Shown here: piece by piece, positions 44,990-54,548 of the stretch
Position numbering within the stretch: position 1 is the stretch's first letter
How the letters are laid out: the number at the start of each line of letters is the position of its first letter
NCBI GenBank assembly: GCA_008080735.1
Contig: SHMW01000006.1
Coordinates: 3,215 to 67,214 of the forward strand
Length of the DNA: 64,000 nt
DNA from: Promethearchaeota archaeon
GTDB lineage: Archaea; Asgardarchaeota; Lokiarchaeia; Sigyniarchaeales; SOKP01
Direction of reading: 5' to 3'
Notes under the pieces: model-generated
Seen by the model: only the letters and a program-made list of their open reading frames with translations
Databases searched by the model: none
Told to the model about the DNA's origin: nothing
Position numbers and translations under genes: made by a program

Positions 44990-46084
44990 ATGAGTCTTTC
45001 GGGAAGGAATATCTGGATTGATATTGAGCAACCAAAAGCAGCAATCATGTTTAATTCTCTTATAGAACAATTCCAAGAAGATGGTGTTAATTTACTAATT
45101 ACTGCAAGAGATTACGATTCTACTTTTCAAATATTAGACGATCATGATGTTGACTATATCAAGGTGGGGAAACATGGTGGAGCGAGCTTAGAAGAGAAAT
45201 TAAAGACTCATATAAAAAGATTAGAAGAGCTTTTTACTTATGTTGCTGAGTTTAATCCAGACTATCTAGTCAACTTTATTTCTGTGGAAGCTATTAGAAT
45301 TGCTTATGGACTTCAAATTCCTTCAATCGGGTTTAATGATGAGCCGAGAAATGAGCCCGTGTGTAAATTGATTTTTCCGTTTATAGACAAACTAATTACC
45401 CCCAAATGTATTCCCAAGGAATCCTATATAGAATTATATGCGGATCCTAAGAAAATTATTCGATACAATGGAATCGATGAAATTGGATGGTTATCAAATT
45501 TCAAACCTGATCCATCAGTTTTAGAACACTATGATTTACAAATGGGAAACTACGTGATTATGCGAAGTGAACCCTCTGCGGCATGCTATTTTATAAACAA
45601 ATTAAAGCCCGATGAGACGATGCTTAGTGAAATCTTTCCCCAAATATATAAAGAATTTCCCAACCATAAATATTTTCTACTGGCACGAAACCGAAATCAA
45701 GAAGAATTTTTACGGAAAACTCTAAAGAAATATGAAGATAATCCCAATTTAATAATCACTCGTTATTTACCCAATCTAGATGATTATTGTTTTTATAGTG
45801 GATTGGTTATTAGCGGGGGTGGAACTATTGTAAGGGAATCGAGTCTCTTGAGCGTGCCGAGTATAGAATTTTTCCCCGGTCCAACGGCACCGCAAGAAAT
45901 GTTTTTAAAGAACAATGGATTTCCCTTGGAACATATAGAAGAATTAAATAGAATCATAGACAGATCAATCCATGTACTTAATCAAGGATTCGATAATGAC
46001 AGAATTAAGCATTTTAAAAAAAAAATTCAACAATTTGAAAATCCCGTGAAGATTTGCTATAATTATGTGCGGATTCATATATAG
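44990..46084 (+). CDS. DUF354-like GT-B fold protein (putative glycosyltransferase)
   Basis: 364 aa. NIWIDIEQPKAAIMFNSLIEQFQEDGVNLLITARDYD resembles the DUF354 N-terminus. C-terminal GLVISGGGTIVRESSLLSVPSIEF resembles the GT-B nucleotide-sugar binding region. Confidence 0.55.
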   Translation: MSLSGRNIWIDIEQPKAAIMFNSLIEQFQEDGVNLLITARDYDSTFQILDDHDVDYIKVGKHGGASLEEKLKTHIKRLEELFTYVAEFNPDYLVNFISVEAIRIAYGLQIPSIGFNDEPRNEPVCKLIFPFIDKLITPKCIPKESYIELYADPKKIIRYNGIDEIGWLSNFKPDPSVLEHYDLQMGNYVIMRSEPSAACYFINKLKPDETMLSEIFPQIYKEFPNHKYFLLARNRNQEEFLRKTLKKYEDNPNLIITRYLPNLDDYCFYSGLVISGGGTIVRESSLLSVPSIEFFPGPTAPQEMFLKNNGFPLEHIEELNRIIDRSIHVLNQGFDNDRIKHFKKKIQQFENPVKICYNYVRIHI

Positions 46085-46128
46085 AAACTATACAAAAATT
46101 AAATAAAAATTACTTAATACTCTTATAA

Positions 46129-47475
46129 ATGATATATCCAACTAATATACGATGGGATTTTTATAGCATCTTGTATCTAAGTATCGCAGGGATTATCGGC
46201 TTTGTTATAACATATTTGATTATGCCCTACATTATCAAATATATGAAGAAAAAAGGTTATGTTGGAACAGATATCCACAAAAATACCCGTCCAGAAGTTG
46301 CCGAATCTGGTGGATTAGGAATGATGATCGGATTTATCTTCCCCTCCATTTTTCTGGCAATCATTTTTACCGATTATAGAAATATCATCTTAATTGTGTT
46401 ATTTACTGTCATTATTGCAGGGATTATTGGTTTTATTGATGATAGAGTCAGATTGAGGACCCGCTATAAATTACTTTTAACCTTAACGATTGGATCTGCC
46501 GTGTTTTTGGCTAATTATCTTGGGCTCATCGCTATTCAGAATCCTGTACTGCCGATTCTGAGTCGTTTACGGCTTAATATGATTTATCCTATCTTGATCC
46601 CTTTGGTAGTAATTGTGTTTGCGAATACCGTAAATATGTTAGAGGGATACAACGGAGAGGGTTCTGGAACGTGTATTATTGCCATTGGATTTTTATTAGT
46701 ATGCAGTTTTATCTGGAATACTATGGAAGGATTAATGTTCTCTATAATTTCTCTTTCCGTAATTATCCCTTTTTATCTCTTTAATAGATATCCTGCTAAA
46801 GTATTTCCCGGAGATGTTGGTACCTTATCGATGGGTGTTATGATAGCAAGCATCGCCCTCTTTGGTGGGCTACTCGCTGCAGCTTTCTGTACGCTATTAA
46901 CGCATATATTTAATAGCTTTTACTATATCTCCTCTGTGAGAGGGTTTTTTGAGAGTAAAGAAATTCATGAATTAAGAGATGATATTGTTTTACTTAAAGA
47001 TGATAGGATTAAAGCATCTGAACAAAAAAGTGCTTTAATAACAGTGCCTCGGATGATATTAGCAAAAGGGCCCTTGTCAGAATCACAATTAGTGAAAAAA
47101 ATTTACTTGATTTCCATTATTAGCGGATTTTTAGGTATATTGACCACACTATTAATGTGTTTGACTTTGGAGAAAATTAACATTTTTTGGGTTTTTATTT
47201 TTTCGCTGCCAAGTCTGGTGATTATTATATTGCTGATGTACTTTTTTCCGAGAATTAGAGATATTGCTATTCAAATGCTTATCCTATATTTTATTGGAAT
47301 TATTATATTGTATTTAATTGATATTATAATTATCCCAATTCAAATTACTATTGATCTGTATTTTATTAAAATACCTCTCAATATTGTAGTATCTCTTATT
47401 GCGGTCTTACCTGGACTTGGTGTGTGGTATATTTTAACAATAATTTATTTAAATAATCAACTAGAGTTAGAATAA
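46129..47475 (+). CDS. UDP-GlcNAc:dolichyl-phosphate GlcNAc-1-phosphate transferase family (AglH/ALG7/MraY-WecA superfamily)
   Basis: 448 aa, polytopic. GFIDDR, FANTVNMLEGYNGEGSG and FPGDVGTLSMG motifs of glycosyltransferase family 4 (polyprenyl-P HexNAc-1-P transferases). Extra ~120-aa hydrophobic C-terminal extension. Confidence 0.8.
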   Translation: MIYPTNIRWDFYSILYLSIAGIIGFVITYLIMPYIIKYMKKKGYVGTDIHKNTRPEVAESGGLGMMIGFIFPSIFLAIIFTDYRNIILIVLFTVIIAGIIGFIDDRVRLRTRYKLLLTLTIGSAVFLANYLGLIAIQNPVLPILSRLRLNMIYPILIPLVVIVFANTVNMLEGYNGEGSGTCIIAIGFLLVCSFIWNTMEGLMFSIISLSVIIPFYLFNRYPAKVFPGDVGTLSMGVMIASIALFGGLLAAAFCTLLTHIFNSFYYISSVRGFFESKEIHELRDDIVLLKDDRIKASEQKSALITVPRMILAKGPLSESQLVKKIYLISIISGFLGILTTLLMCLTLEKINIFWVFIFSLPSLVIIILLMYFFPRIRDIAIQMLILYFIGIIILYLIDIIIIPIQITIDLYFIKIPLNIVVSLIAVLPGLGVWYILTIIYLNNQLELE

Positions 47476-47748
47476 TCAATAATTCAAGAATAGAGGATTT
47501 TATATTCAAATATATAGAAATCTATTAATTAGAAATCATAGGAGATTTAACTGAACAAAAATTATCGACTGGTTCTCTCTATTATAGTATTATTTAGCTC
47601 CATAACAGCCTTTTTCTTAATTAATTGGCTTTTTTCAATTGATATATTTGGTCTTTTTACAAATTGGAGATTCATTATCACATTAATTCTATATTTAGTT
47701 TGTTTAGAGGAGATTTATATTTGGGTAAAAAATGGTAAACGAAGCGAA

Positions 47749-50034
47749 ATGTCTGATATCATCGCACTTTTGTTTTTTTTCTTCTTTATCTATTTTATCA
47801 CTGAAGACTTTCTCACATCTCTTATGGGATCGTTTAGTATTTATCTTTGGATAGGAGTGGCAGAATTAAAAGACTATCCCGTGATAAATAAGATTTTGGT
47901 AATTTCTTTAGTCACATATAACGTTATTTTTATCTCTGGATTAATTTCAGCATATCTCAACGATCCTTTCCTATTGAATACTTCGTTTGCATTTTCATTT
48001 TGGATTATTCTAATATTGGGATTCATTCTTTTTGGCAGAAAGTATATCGTAGTCTGGAGATTTATGAGCCCTCAATATTTAACTCTTTTTCTCTATCTTC
48101 TAGGGTGGATTGGAGTTGTTTTTATAAATCAATATACTCCGATCGATTTTTACAGATACATTTATCTAGTGCTAATTATTGTAAACATTATAATCTATTT
48201 CTCTTCTGGATTTTTATTGGATAAACTCCTTGGAATTAAGAGAATTAGAGACGTGACAGTTGAAAAACTTGTGGAAGAAGTCAAAAGCGATTTAAATATT
48301 AAAGGTAGAGTAAAAGTTGGATTTGGACAATATCCAATATTAAACGCTATGGCATATGGTTCCTTTTTCGATAAGAGAATAGCAATTATAGCAGAAGGCC
48401 TTGATAATCTCCCAGAGGATGAAATTAGGGGAATTGTCGCGCATGAATTAGCCCATACTAAGGGAAACCATACCTTTATCTTAGCTTTAATCACAATTAT
48501 GGATCTCATTATTCGATGGATTTTTGGATTTCCCGCCACCTATTATGATTATACTTTTGGATCTCCTCAAATACCCTTTATCCTTTTCTTGGTAATCAAT
48601 TTTGGTATTTATATAATACTATATTTTTTCGTGAGGATTTTGGAAGGATATGCAGATAAGAGGGCTAAAACAGGAGGCTATGGACAAGAACTTGTGAAAG
48701 CATTATATAATCTAGAAAGTTTTTATGCATCTGGAAGAGAAATTGGATTAAATACCATGCTATTATGCGATGAAAAGATCTCAAGAGAAAACAAAATGCT
48801 GGATTATGTTAGTACGGCACAATATATTAATCAATCAATGATTAAACCGTCAAAAATTTCCCTTTTAGGAAATTTTCTGAACTCTCATCCACCAACCTAC
48901 CATAGAATATTGGCGATTTTAAGCGAAGATATTAATCCCTACAAAGAAACATTATTACCTTTATTGTATCTAAGAAAAAAAAATCAGAAAAAATTTGCTC
49001 AAAAATATTATCAAGCAAGAATAAATTTTCAGACTATTGCAAATCAAAAGTTTAAAGAGTTCTTCCGTATTGAAGATATCTCAAAATTCTTACACGATTT
49101 AGAACTCGATGAAAAATATAAATATGACTTTCAAAAGAGCTTCTTATTTAAAAACATAATTAATGGTGATTATAAATATGGAAATTTGATATCCTTAAAG
49201 ATTAAAGATGATATTTCTGATAATTTCTGTTTTAAGATTTTTAATTACAAATCTAAAAAGATTGAGTTTTTACCACCTTCCCATTTTACAAAAACGCAAG
49301 TAAATATAGGTGAACATTATATTTTCTCAAAAAAAAACGTGCTGAAACTTGAAAATATTCAATTTGATAAGGACTCTAAAAGTGGATTTTATATTTTTAC
49401 CGATAAGAACAATAATCTTATCAAAAAACCCATTAAAAAAACTAAAATTCCTTTTTCCATCGAAAAGATTCAAAATTTTCTTAATAAAGATGTATTTCTC
49501 AAGAGAAAAGGTTTATTAGGATTAGCTGAATGCACGGCTCTTCATAAAAAAGAAAATTTAAAGGAATCGAAAATAGAATTAAAAAATTCAATGGGTGAAA
49601 ATGGTGAAAATGGTGAAGCCATGGTTTTAACCCGTAAATTAAAAGATTTGATAATTAAACCGAAAAATATTCAATTTGAAATTATAAAAAATGAGAGCAA
49701 TTTAGAAAACTCAAAAAAACTTTTAGAATGGATGAGAAACAAACAGATACGAGCATATTTTTATTTGAAAAAACCAGTAAATAATATAGAAATAGGGTAT
49801 GTCGAAAAAGTTAATTATAATCAGACTTCAGAAGAGGACCTTAGAAACAAGCATTTATCAATAGAAATTAGTACAATTTTCAATGAATTAAAAATATTAC
49901 AACAAGATAAAATTGAATTTGTAAGCTTTAGCTACAAAACGGGGATTATCCAATTAAAATCTGAAACAAGTTTCTTTTCCAAAATTGGGTATTATCTTTT
50001 TAAAAAGATAAAGCCTCAAGAGATTTTGATTTAG
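47749..50034 (+). CDS. M48-family zinc metalloprotease (HtpX/Ste24 family) with large C-terminal extension
   Basis: 761 aa. Multi-TM N-terminus, NAMAYGSFFDKRIAII...IRGIVAHELAHTKGNH (HEXXH). ~370-aa K/N-rich C-terminal region of unknown family. The in-frame open extension 47551-47748 lacks a canonical start. Confidence 0.8.
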   Translation: MSDIIALLFFFFFIYFITEDFLTSLMGSFSIYLWIGVAELKDYPVINKILVISLVTYNVIFISGLISAYLNDPFLLNTSFAFSFWIILILGFILFGRKYIVVWRFMSPQYLTLFLYLLGWIGVVFINQYTPIDFYRYIYLVLIIVNIIIYFSSGFLLDKLLGIKRIRDVTVEKLVEEVKSDLNIKGRVKVGFGQYPILNAMAYGSFFDKRIAIIAEGLDNLPEDEIRGIVAHELAHTKGNHTFILALITIMDLIIRWIFGFPATYYDYTFGSPQIPFILFLVINFGIYIILYFFVRILEGYADKRAKTGGYGQELVKALYNLESFYASGREIGLNTMLLCDEKISRENKMLDYVSTAQYINQSMIKPSKISLLGNFLNSHPPTYHRILAILSEDINPYKETLLPLLYLRKKNQKKFAQKYYQARINFQTIANQKFKEFFRIEDISKFLHDLELDEKYKYDFQKSFLFKNIINGDYKYGNLISLKIKDDISDNFCFKIFNYKSKKIEFLPPSHFTKTQVNIGEHYIFSKKNVLKLENIQFDKDSKSGFYIFTDKNNNLIKKPIKKTKIPFSIEKIQNFLNKDVFLKRKGLLGLAECTALHKKENLKESKIELKNSMGENGENGEAMVLTRKLKDLIIKPKNIQFEIIKNESNLENSKKLLEWMRNKQIRAYFYLKKPVNNIEIGYVEKVNYNQTSEEDLRNKHLSIEISTIFNELKILQQDKIEFVSFSYKTGIIQLKSETSFFSKIGYYLFKKIKPQEILI

Positions 50035-50073
50035 CAATAAAGTTTAATTTTAATAATTTTTTTTAAAATCTAT

Positions 50074-51027
50074 ATGTTTAATCAGATACGAAATATTATA
50101 CATTTAATCAGAGTAAGGCAATATTATAAAAACGTTTTAATTTTCGTTGGGTTGTTTTTTAGTGTAAATCTATTTACGTTTAGCTATTGGTATTTATTAA
50201 TTATTGGATTTATTTTACTATGTCTTACATCTTCCATCAATTATATTGTAAATGATATATTGGATATTGAAAGTGATAAAAAACATCCAGAAAAGCTAAA
50301 AAAAAAACCTCTTGCTTCAGGTGAGTTATCTATTTCTTTTGCAATTGGTTTATTAGTTTTAATAATTCTCACAATTGTAATTTGCTTAATCTTTATCGTT
50401 CCAAATATTACTTTTGCTATTTTGCTATTATTAATTATTATCACGGGGCAACTCTATAACCACGTGTTCAAGAATTTTGCATTTATCGATATTTTAACCT
50501 TATCAACGGGATATTTATGGAGAGCATTAGCGGGATGCGTTTTAATAAATCAATATATTTCCGCGTGGTTATTTCTTTCTATATTTGAAGTTGCATTATT
50601 TTTGGTGATTGCTAAAAGGAAAGGAGATTTAATGATCTTAGGTAATAAGGAAGATGCAATTAAACATAAGAAAGTGTATAATCAATATTCAATAAAACTG
50701 CTCGATCAATTTCATGTTATCACGGCTGGCTCTATTTTTATGACCTATAGTCTGTATTTAATCTTCAAATTTGACTTATTCTCCCCTGACCAATTCAATC
50801 CCAATGAATACCTTACCATCCTCACAATACCCATTTTATTATTTGTATTAATGCGATATATGTATTTAACATCAGCAGAGCCAGAGATCGCCAGAAATAC
50901 AGAAAAGGCGATCACAGATACACAAATATTAATCGCGGGACTCATTTTAGGTGCCGTATTATTTTATTCGTTTTACTTCAGTCAAATTATTGACATTATT
51001 AACCTTATCTTAAATTTTAATCTATAA
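50074..51027 (+). CDS. UbiA-family prenyl-phosphate transferase, decaprenyl-phosphate phosphoribosyltransferase-like
   Basis: 317 aa, ~8 TM. NYIVNDILDIESDKKHPEKLKKKPLASGELS matches the N..vND..D.e.D..HP.K..RP.A.G motif of the DPPR-synthase subgroup of UbiA enzymes. Confidence 0.75.
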   Translation: MFNQIRNIIHLIRVRQYYKNVLIFVGLFFSVNLFTFSYWYLLIIGFILLCLTSSINYIVNDILDIESDKKHPEKLKKKPLASGELSISFAIGLLVLIILTIVICLIFIVPNITFAILLLLIIITGQLYNHVFKNFAFIDILTLSTGYLWRALAGCVLINQYISAWLFLSIFEVALFLVIAKRKGDLMILGNKEDAIKHKKVYNQYSIKLLDQFHVITAGSIFMTYSLYLIFKFDLFSPDQFNPNEYLTILTIPILLFVLMRYMYLTSAEPEIARNTEKAITDTQILIAGLILGAVLFYSFYFSQIIDIINLILNFNL

Positions 51028-51061
51028 AAAAATAAACCCATTTATAAAAGAGCCGAATATC

Positions 51062-51748
51062 GTGAACAACCTTCGATTAGATCTCCATGTTCACACCGTT
51101 TATTCTGGAGATTCTCTAATTAAACTCCCAGATCTAATAAAGTATGTAAAAAAGAAACAATTAGATGGTATAGCGATTTGTGACCATAATACAATTAAAG
51201 CTTACAAGAAGCTAAAAGATAAGGCTAAGAAGCATGAATTCATTTTAATACCCGGAATGGAGATTGAAACTCACATTGGTGAGGTGATCGGACTTTTCCT
51301 CGAAGATGAAGTCAGCTGTGAAAATAACAATTTCTTCCACATTGTAAATCAAATAAGAGATTATGGGGGTTTAGTAATTATTCCCCACCCGTTTGATTTT
51401 ATAAGACGGAATCATCTTAAAACAGACCTAATTAATGATAAAATTATCAAAAAATATATTGATGGAGTAGAGATTATGAATTCAAGGATCATGTTTCATA
51501 AATGCATCAAAAAGGCAATAGAGTTTAAAACTAAATATAATCTGTTCGAAACCGCGGGATCCGACGCACATCATTATAAGGAAATTGGCAATGGATACAC
51601 TCTTATCCAAACTCCTCAAGGTAATTCTCTTGAAGAGATTAAACAAGCTCTTCTTTCCAAACTATCAATAAGCATGGGTTCCAGATCCTCACCGTTTTAT
51701 CATTTAATCACGATAATCAATAAAATAAAAATGCGAGAATACCTTTAA
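51062..51748 (+). CDS. PHP-domain phosphoesterase
   Basis: 228 aa (GTG start). DLHVHTVYSGDS, AICDHNT, PGMEIET, IIPHPFD, AGSDAHH are the PHP metal-binding motifs. Confidence 0.8.
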   Translation: MNNLRLDLHVHTVYSGDSLIKLPDLIKYVKKKQLDGIAICDHNTIKAYKKLKDKAKKHEFILIPGMEIETHIGEVIGLFLEDEVSCENNNFFHIVNQIRDYGGLVIIPHPFDFIRRNHLKTDLINDKIIKKYIDGVEIMNSRIMFHKCIKKAIEFKTKYNLFETAGSDAHHYKEIGNGYTLIQTPQGNSLEEIKQALLSKLSISMGSRSSPFYHLITIINKIKMREYL

Positions 51749-51754
51749 CCAAAT

Positions 51755-52939
51755 ATGAGCTCGTCTAAAAATCCTAAAGTTTATGCCATAAAAACAACTC
51801 CGGAAACGGTGCTAGAAGATTATGCATGTCTCATGGATATGACAAATTATCAACAGAATTACCCACTAGATCAGAAAACAATCATTAAATTGAATTTAAG
51901 TTGGTCCAAATTTTTTCCTGCGTGCAGTAGCCCACCATGGCAAGTCGAGGGGGTAATAAAAAAGATGATAGAAGATGGCTATCACCCAGAAAAGATATTC
52001 ACAGCAGAGAATAGAACGGTGGTCACAAACATAGCAAAAGGCCTCAAGGGAAATAAATGGGGTCCAATAATTGATAAATACGGCGTCTGGTTTGTTCCAT
52101 TAACTCGAGTACCTTTTGTTCCCTATGAATCGCTTCGATCAAAATTTCTCAAATTTAAGGATAAAGAATTACATGTGCTCGATTCAGAAATATTTCCTGA
52201 AGGCTTTAAAATCCCTGAATTCTATGTGGGAAAACCAATCATTCATTTACCCACCATGAAAACACACGGTCACACAGGAGCAAAGGGCGGATCGTTAAAA
52301 CACACAGAAGAGGAAGAATTAAAGAATGGAGGAATCACATGCTGTATGAAGAATGCCTTTGGAGGCCTTTTAACTAAGAGAAGACATTTTAGCCATCAAT
52401 TTATGTCCGAAGTCCTTGTAGATTTATTAATTATCCAAAAACAGATCCATCCCGAAATGATGGGTATTGTAGATGGGACAGTATGCGGAGATGGTGCGGG
52501 GCCACGTACCATGATTCCCCGAATTAAAAATTATCTTATTGCGGGTTACGATCAAGTCGCTGTAGACACGGTTGTGGCTAAAATGCTCGGCTTTGAACCT
52601 ATGAAATTACCCGCCATTAAATTAGCGCATGATGAGGGGCTTGGGTGCGGTGATCTTGATCAGATAGAGATAATTGGTGAAGATGTTTCAGATGTAAATT
52701 GGAATTTTACAGTAAAACGTAGTATGGTTATTTGGGGAGATCAAATGGTTCGCAAGGGATCTCTAAGGTTCTTAGAGCCGCTGCTACACAATAAGTTGTT
52801 TATGACATTACCCATTCTCGGAAGTCTGATATACCATGATCTGCTTTGGTATCCAACTATTGGAAAGAAACGAATCAAACAATTTAAGCAAAAAAAATGG
52901 GGGAAACTCTTCCAGGATTATCCCGTTGATTCTAAATAA
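51755..52939 (+). CDS. DUF362-domain protein
   Basis: 394 aa. IIKLNLSW, LPTMKTHGHTG, CMKNAFGGL, IVDGTVCGDGAGP, AGYDQVAVDTVVAKMLG follow the DUF362 pattern as I recall it. Confidence 0.55.
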   Translation: MSSSKNPKVYAIKTTPETVLEDYACLMDMTNYQQNYPLDQKTIIKLNLSWSKFFPACSSPPWQVEGVIKKMIEDGYHPEKIFTAENRTVVTNIAKGLKGNKWGPIIDKYGVWFVPLTRVPFVPYESLRSKFLKFKDKELHVLDSEIFPEGFKIPEFYVGKPIIHLPTMKTHGHTGAKGGSLKHTEEEELKNGGITCCMKNAFGGLLTKRRHFSHQFMSEVLVDLLIIQKQIHPEMMGIVDGTVCGDGAGPRTMIPRIKNYLIAGYDQVAVDTVVAKMLGFEPMKLPAIKLAHDEGLGCGDLDQIEIIGEDVSDVNWNFTVKRSMVIWGDQMVRKGSLRFLEPLLHNKLFMTLPILGSLIYHDLLWYPTIGKKRIKQFKQKKWGKLFQDYPVDSK

Positions 52940-52959
52940 AAAAAAAGAAATGGTAATAT

Positions 52960-54360
52960 TTAGATAACTTCTAAGGTTTCTTCGGGTATTTTTTTGCATT
53001 TTTCTTCCAAATCGATGCCCTTTTTAGCTAACCAATTTTTCCTTACGAAATAATAGATTATAGCAACTAGGTATAAAATGGCCACAATTACGACTATATA
53101 CCATTTAACTCCGATAATCGCTAAAATTGATAGCGAACTATAAGCAACGTTAAAAATCACCAATATCACGAGATAAGGTCTCTTGATTTTGAATTTTGAC
53201 TTTTCTAATAATTCCGGATACTTTTTTCCGAGAAGATATGGAATAAAGGCTAGAATTAGGGATGGGACAGAAATAGTGAGAGCATTTAAATATTGAAGAT
53301 CCTCATAACCAGGTTGAAATACCAGCAAGATAAGGGCGCTCAAACAGAAAAATGAAACAGACCAATGTGGCGTTCCAAACTTTTTATTCACATCCGAAAG
53401 AACGGAAGGAAGCATCCTATCTCTCGCTGCAGAAAAAAGATCTCGTGAATAAGCTAGAATAACCGCGTGGATTGTTGATGCGATGGCTATTAAAATTAGG
53501 ATGTTTAGAAAGATTAAAAAGCCCCCCTGTATCCCTATTTGGGTAAAGACATTAATAATTGTTTTATTATCACCGGTACTCAATTCTGTATAATTAAAAA
53601 CGCCTGTAAAGACGAGGGATACCAAGATATAAAGAATTAACACCATTATAAGACTAATGAATATACCCAAAGGGATATTCCGTTTCGGATTTTTTACTTC
53701 TCCTCCTATTTCAATAATCGCTGTAAAACCCGCATAACTAAAACTCAATATGACCGCACCAAGAAAAATACCAACAAAACCCGTCGGAAAAAGACCTTGA
53801 TCACCAATCCCTGCAAGATTCTCAAATGAAACGTTAGGTAATCCGAATATTATAAACAACACCAATATAAGAAAATCTCCAAAAATGGCCAGAACTATTT
53901 GTACCCATCCTGCAATTTTAACTCCGAGTATATTTATCGCATAGAATATTAGAAGGATGATAATTGCCGCGATATATGTGATCCCGGGAAAAAAATCTTC
54001 CAAATAGATTCCAAATCCCATGGATATAAACGCTAATGATCCGATGATATGAATCATTAAGGAGGTCAGAACCAGAAATCCGATGAATGGACTTAATAGA
54101 CGGGAGGTATATACCCATGCTCCTCCGCTTACGGGAAAGGCAGAAACAATGTAATAAATGATTATTGCGCTCACCACGTTTGGAATCCCAGCTATTATAA
54201 AAGCTAACCACAATGCGGGTCCCGTTTCTGCGGCAGCTGTTCCCGTCTGTAGCAAAATACCCGCCCCAACAATATATCCGAATAGAAAAAAGACTACTGA
54301 ACTTAATCCTAGTTCTCTCCGTAATTTTCCTTGTTCTTTTTCTTCGCGTTTTTCTACCAT
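52960..54360 (-). CDS. APC-superfamily amino acid/polyamine permease
   Basis: 466 aa, ~12 TM. N-terminal LRRELGLSSVVFFLFGYIVGAGIL is typical of APC transporters. Confidence 0.85.
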   Translation of the reverse strand: MVEKREEKEQGKLRRELGLSSVVFFLFGYIVGAGILLQTGTAAAETGPALWLAFIIAGIPNVVSAIIIYYIVSAFPVSGGAWVYTSRLLSPFIGFLVLTSLMIHIIGSLAFISMGFGIYLEDFFPGITYIAAIIILLIFYAINILGVKIAGWVQIVLAIFGDFLILVLFIIFGLPNVSFENLAGIGDQGLFPTGFVGIFLGAVILSFSYAGFTAIIEIGGEVKNPKRNIPLGIFISLIMVLILYILVSLVFTGVFNYTELSTGDNKTIINVFTQIGIQGGFLIFLNILILIAIASTIHAVILAYSRDLFSAARDRMLPSVLSDVNKKFGTPHWSVSFFCLSALILLVFQPGYEDLQYLNALTISVPSLILAFIPYLLGKKYPELLEKSKFKIKRPYLVILVIFNVAYSSLSILAIIGVKWYIVVIVAILYLVAIIYYFVRKNWLAKKGIDLEEKCKKIPEETLEVI

Positions 54361-54548
54361 AATACTTCAGTTATTAAGAAATTGTATTATTTCATCTTTC
54401 TTTTTATGGTATAAAACCTTTTCTAATTATCCTTTATTATTCTATAAATTCATCTCCCACTTTGAAAAAGGTTTCTTTCAACAGTTGAGAAGAAATCTTT
54501 ATAGCAATTTTAAAAAAAGCTATAGGTTAAATAGCCAATAACTCTTTT

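Noticed and set aside
49594-49617. Near-perfect 9-bp tandem repeat (ggtgaaaat x2 + ggtgaagcc) encoding GENGENGE
   Set aside because: It is tiny, in frame within the M48 protease C-terminal region, and most simply explained as local slippage in a low-complexity linker. There is no evidence of function.
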